A stretch of 43,594 bases of DNA from the sequence record OZ035783.1. One strand, 5' to 3'. Position 1 is the first letter of the stretch, and every line of letters starts with the position of its first letter. The DNA is from Kagunavirus PDP21P8. Below, piece by piece: positions 43,082-43,594 of the stretch. The position numbers were made by a program, and so were the translations under genes. The notes under the pieces were generated by a model. That model was not told where the DNA came from. It did not search any database and saw only the letters and a program-made list of their open reading frames with translations.

Positions 43082-43594
43082 ATGAAGCTGAAACTTAAGC
43101 AGCCATCGCCTGAGGTGGTGCAAGCTGCACATGAAGAGGCTGTTAGTGCCAACCGTCGCCGTAAACGGCCGCGCGGCAAACAGAGCCTTTACCAGTCATC
43201 CCGTAATTCTGCGGCATTGTGGGACCCGGACTATTGTGACGAATTAATCGAGTTCTTCGACCGCACGTCGTGGGAACTTGTGCCTACGTCCAAGGGTGAC
43301 GAACGTCCGTTGATTCAGGATAAACCGCCATCACTGGCCCGCTTCGCCTTACACATCGGCGTCACTATCCCGATTATTAAGCTGTGGCTGCGTGAGATTC
43401 CTGCATTTGCAGAAGCCTGGGAGACAGCGCAGGCGCTGGAGGAGGCGTATTTCACTGAGACAGGCGCGGCCGGTATCTCTGCTACATTTGCTGCCGCTAA
43501 GCTGGGCCTTAGCAAAGAGAAACCGGTCGAATCCGCCGAAGAAACAGCACCGACTGAGATTATTTTCAGTGTTGCAGAGCCTGTAGGTAAAATT
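43082..43594 (+). CDS. terS: terminase small subunit-like protein (3'-truncated by window end)
   Basis: open frame from ATG 43082 to window end; PPSLARFALHIGVTIPIIKLW resembles terS DNA-binding region; frame continues at nt 1 and stops at 31-33 on the terL ATG. Confidence 0.5.
   Translation, partial: MKLKLKQPSPEVVQAAHEEAVSANRRRKRPRGKQSLYQSSRNSAALWDPDYCDELIEFFDRTSWELVPTSKGDERPLIQDKPPSLARFALHIGVTIPIIKLWLREIPAFAEAWETAQALEEAYFTETGAAGISATFAAAKLGLSKEKPVESAEETAPTEIIFSVAEPVGKI

Noticed and set aside
43315-43586. ORF-track entries 43392-43586 (+) and 43315-43515 (-)
   Set aside because: Both lie inside the longer open terS-like frame (43082 to window end), which has an RBS and a recognisable DNA-binding region.
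1-43594. CRISPR arrays, tRNA genes, long tandem or terminal repeats
   Set aside because: No regularly spaced direct repeats or cloverleaf-compatible sequences noticed; the two ends share no direct repeat, and only short repeats (19-bp duplication, operator copies) are present.

Overview
The window reads as an essentially complete ~43.6 kb genome of a tailed dsDNA phage with a long non-contractile tail, infecting a Gram-negative host; no integrase or lysogeny module was seen. All calls rest on reading the six-frame translations and the DNA by eye; no database search or structure prediction was run. Layout: terL (30-1280), portal, head morphogenesis, an embedded Rz/Rz1 spanin pair, scaffold, major capsid protein, connector and tail genes, tape measure, tail tip and a tailspike with a C-terminal S74-type chaperone (to 23.8 kb). 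A leftward replication block follows (23.9-35.8 kb: SNF2-like helicase, compact C5-methyltransferase-like protein, VRR-NUC, family A DNA polymerase, DUF2815-like SSB, DUF2800/Cas4-like nuclease, primase-helicase, XRE regulator on the opposite strand). A rightward block of small early genes, holin/endolysin and a terS-like ORF that runs off the 3' end completes the map. The terS frame continues in-frame at nt 1 and stops on the terL ATG, so the window is probably a circularly permuted whole genome. Most notable: (1) an accessory island inside the tail module (11.9-14.3 kb) with an antisense cassette encoding a secreted protein, an HTH-fused calcineurin-like metallophosphoesterase and a small protein, driven by its own early-type promoter; (2) a recurring inverted-repeat operator (AATAG-N4-CTATT) embedded in at least eight sigma70-like promoters; (3) several candidate non-coding transcripts bounded by promoter and terminator.
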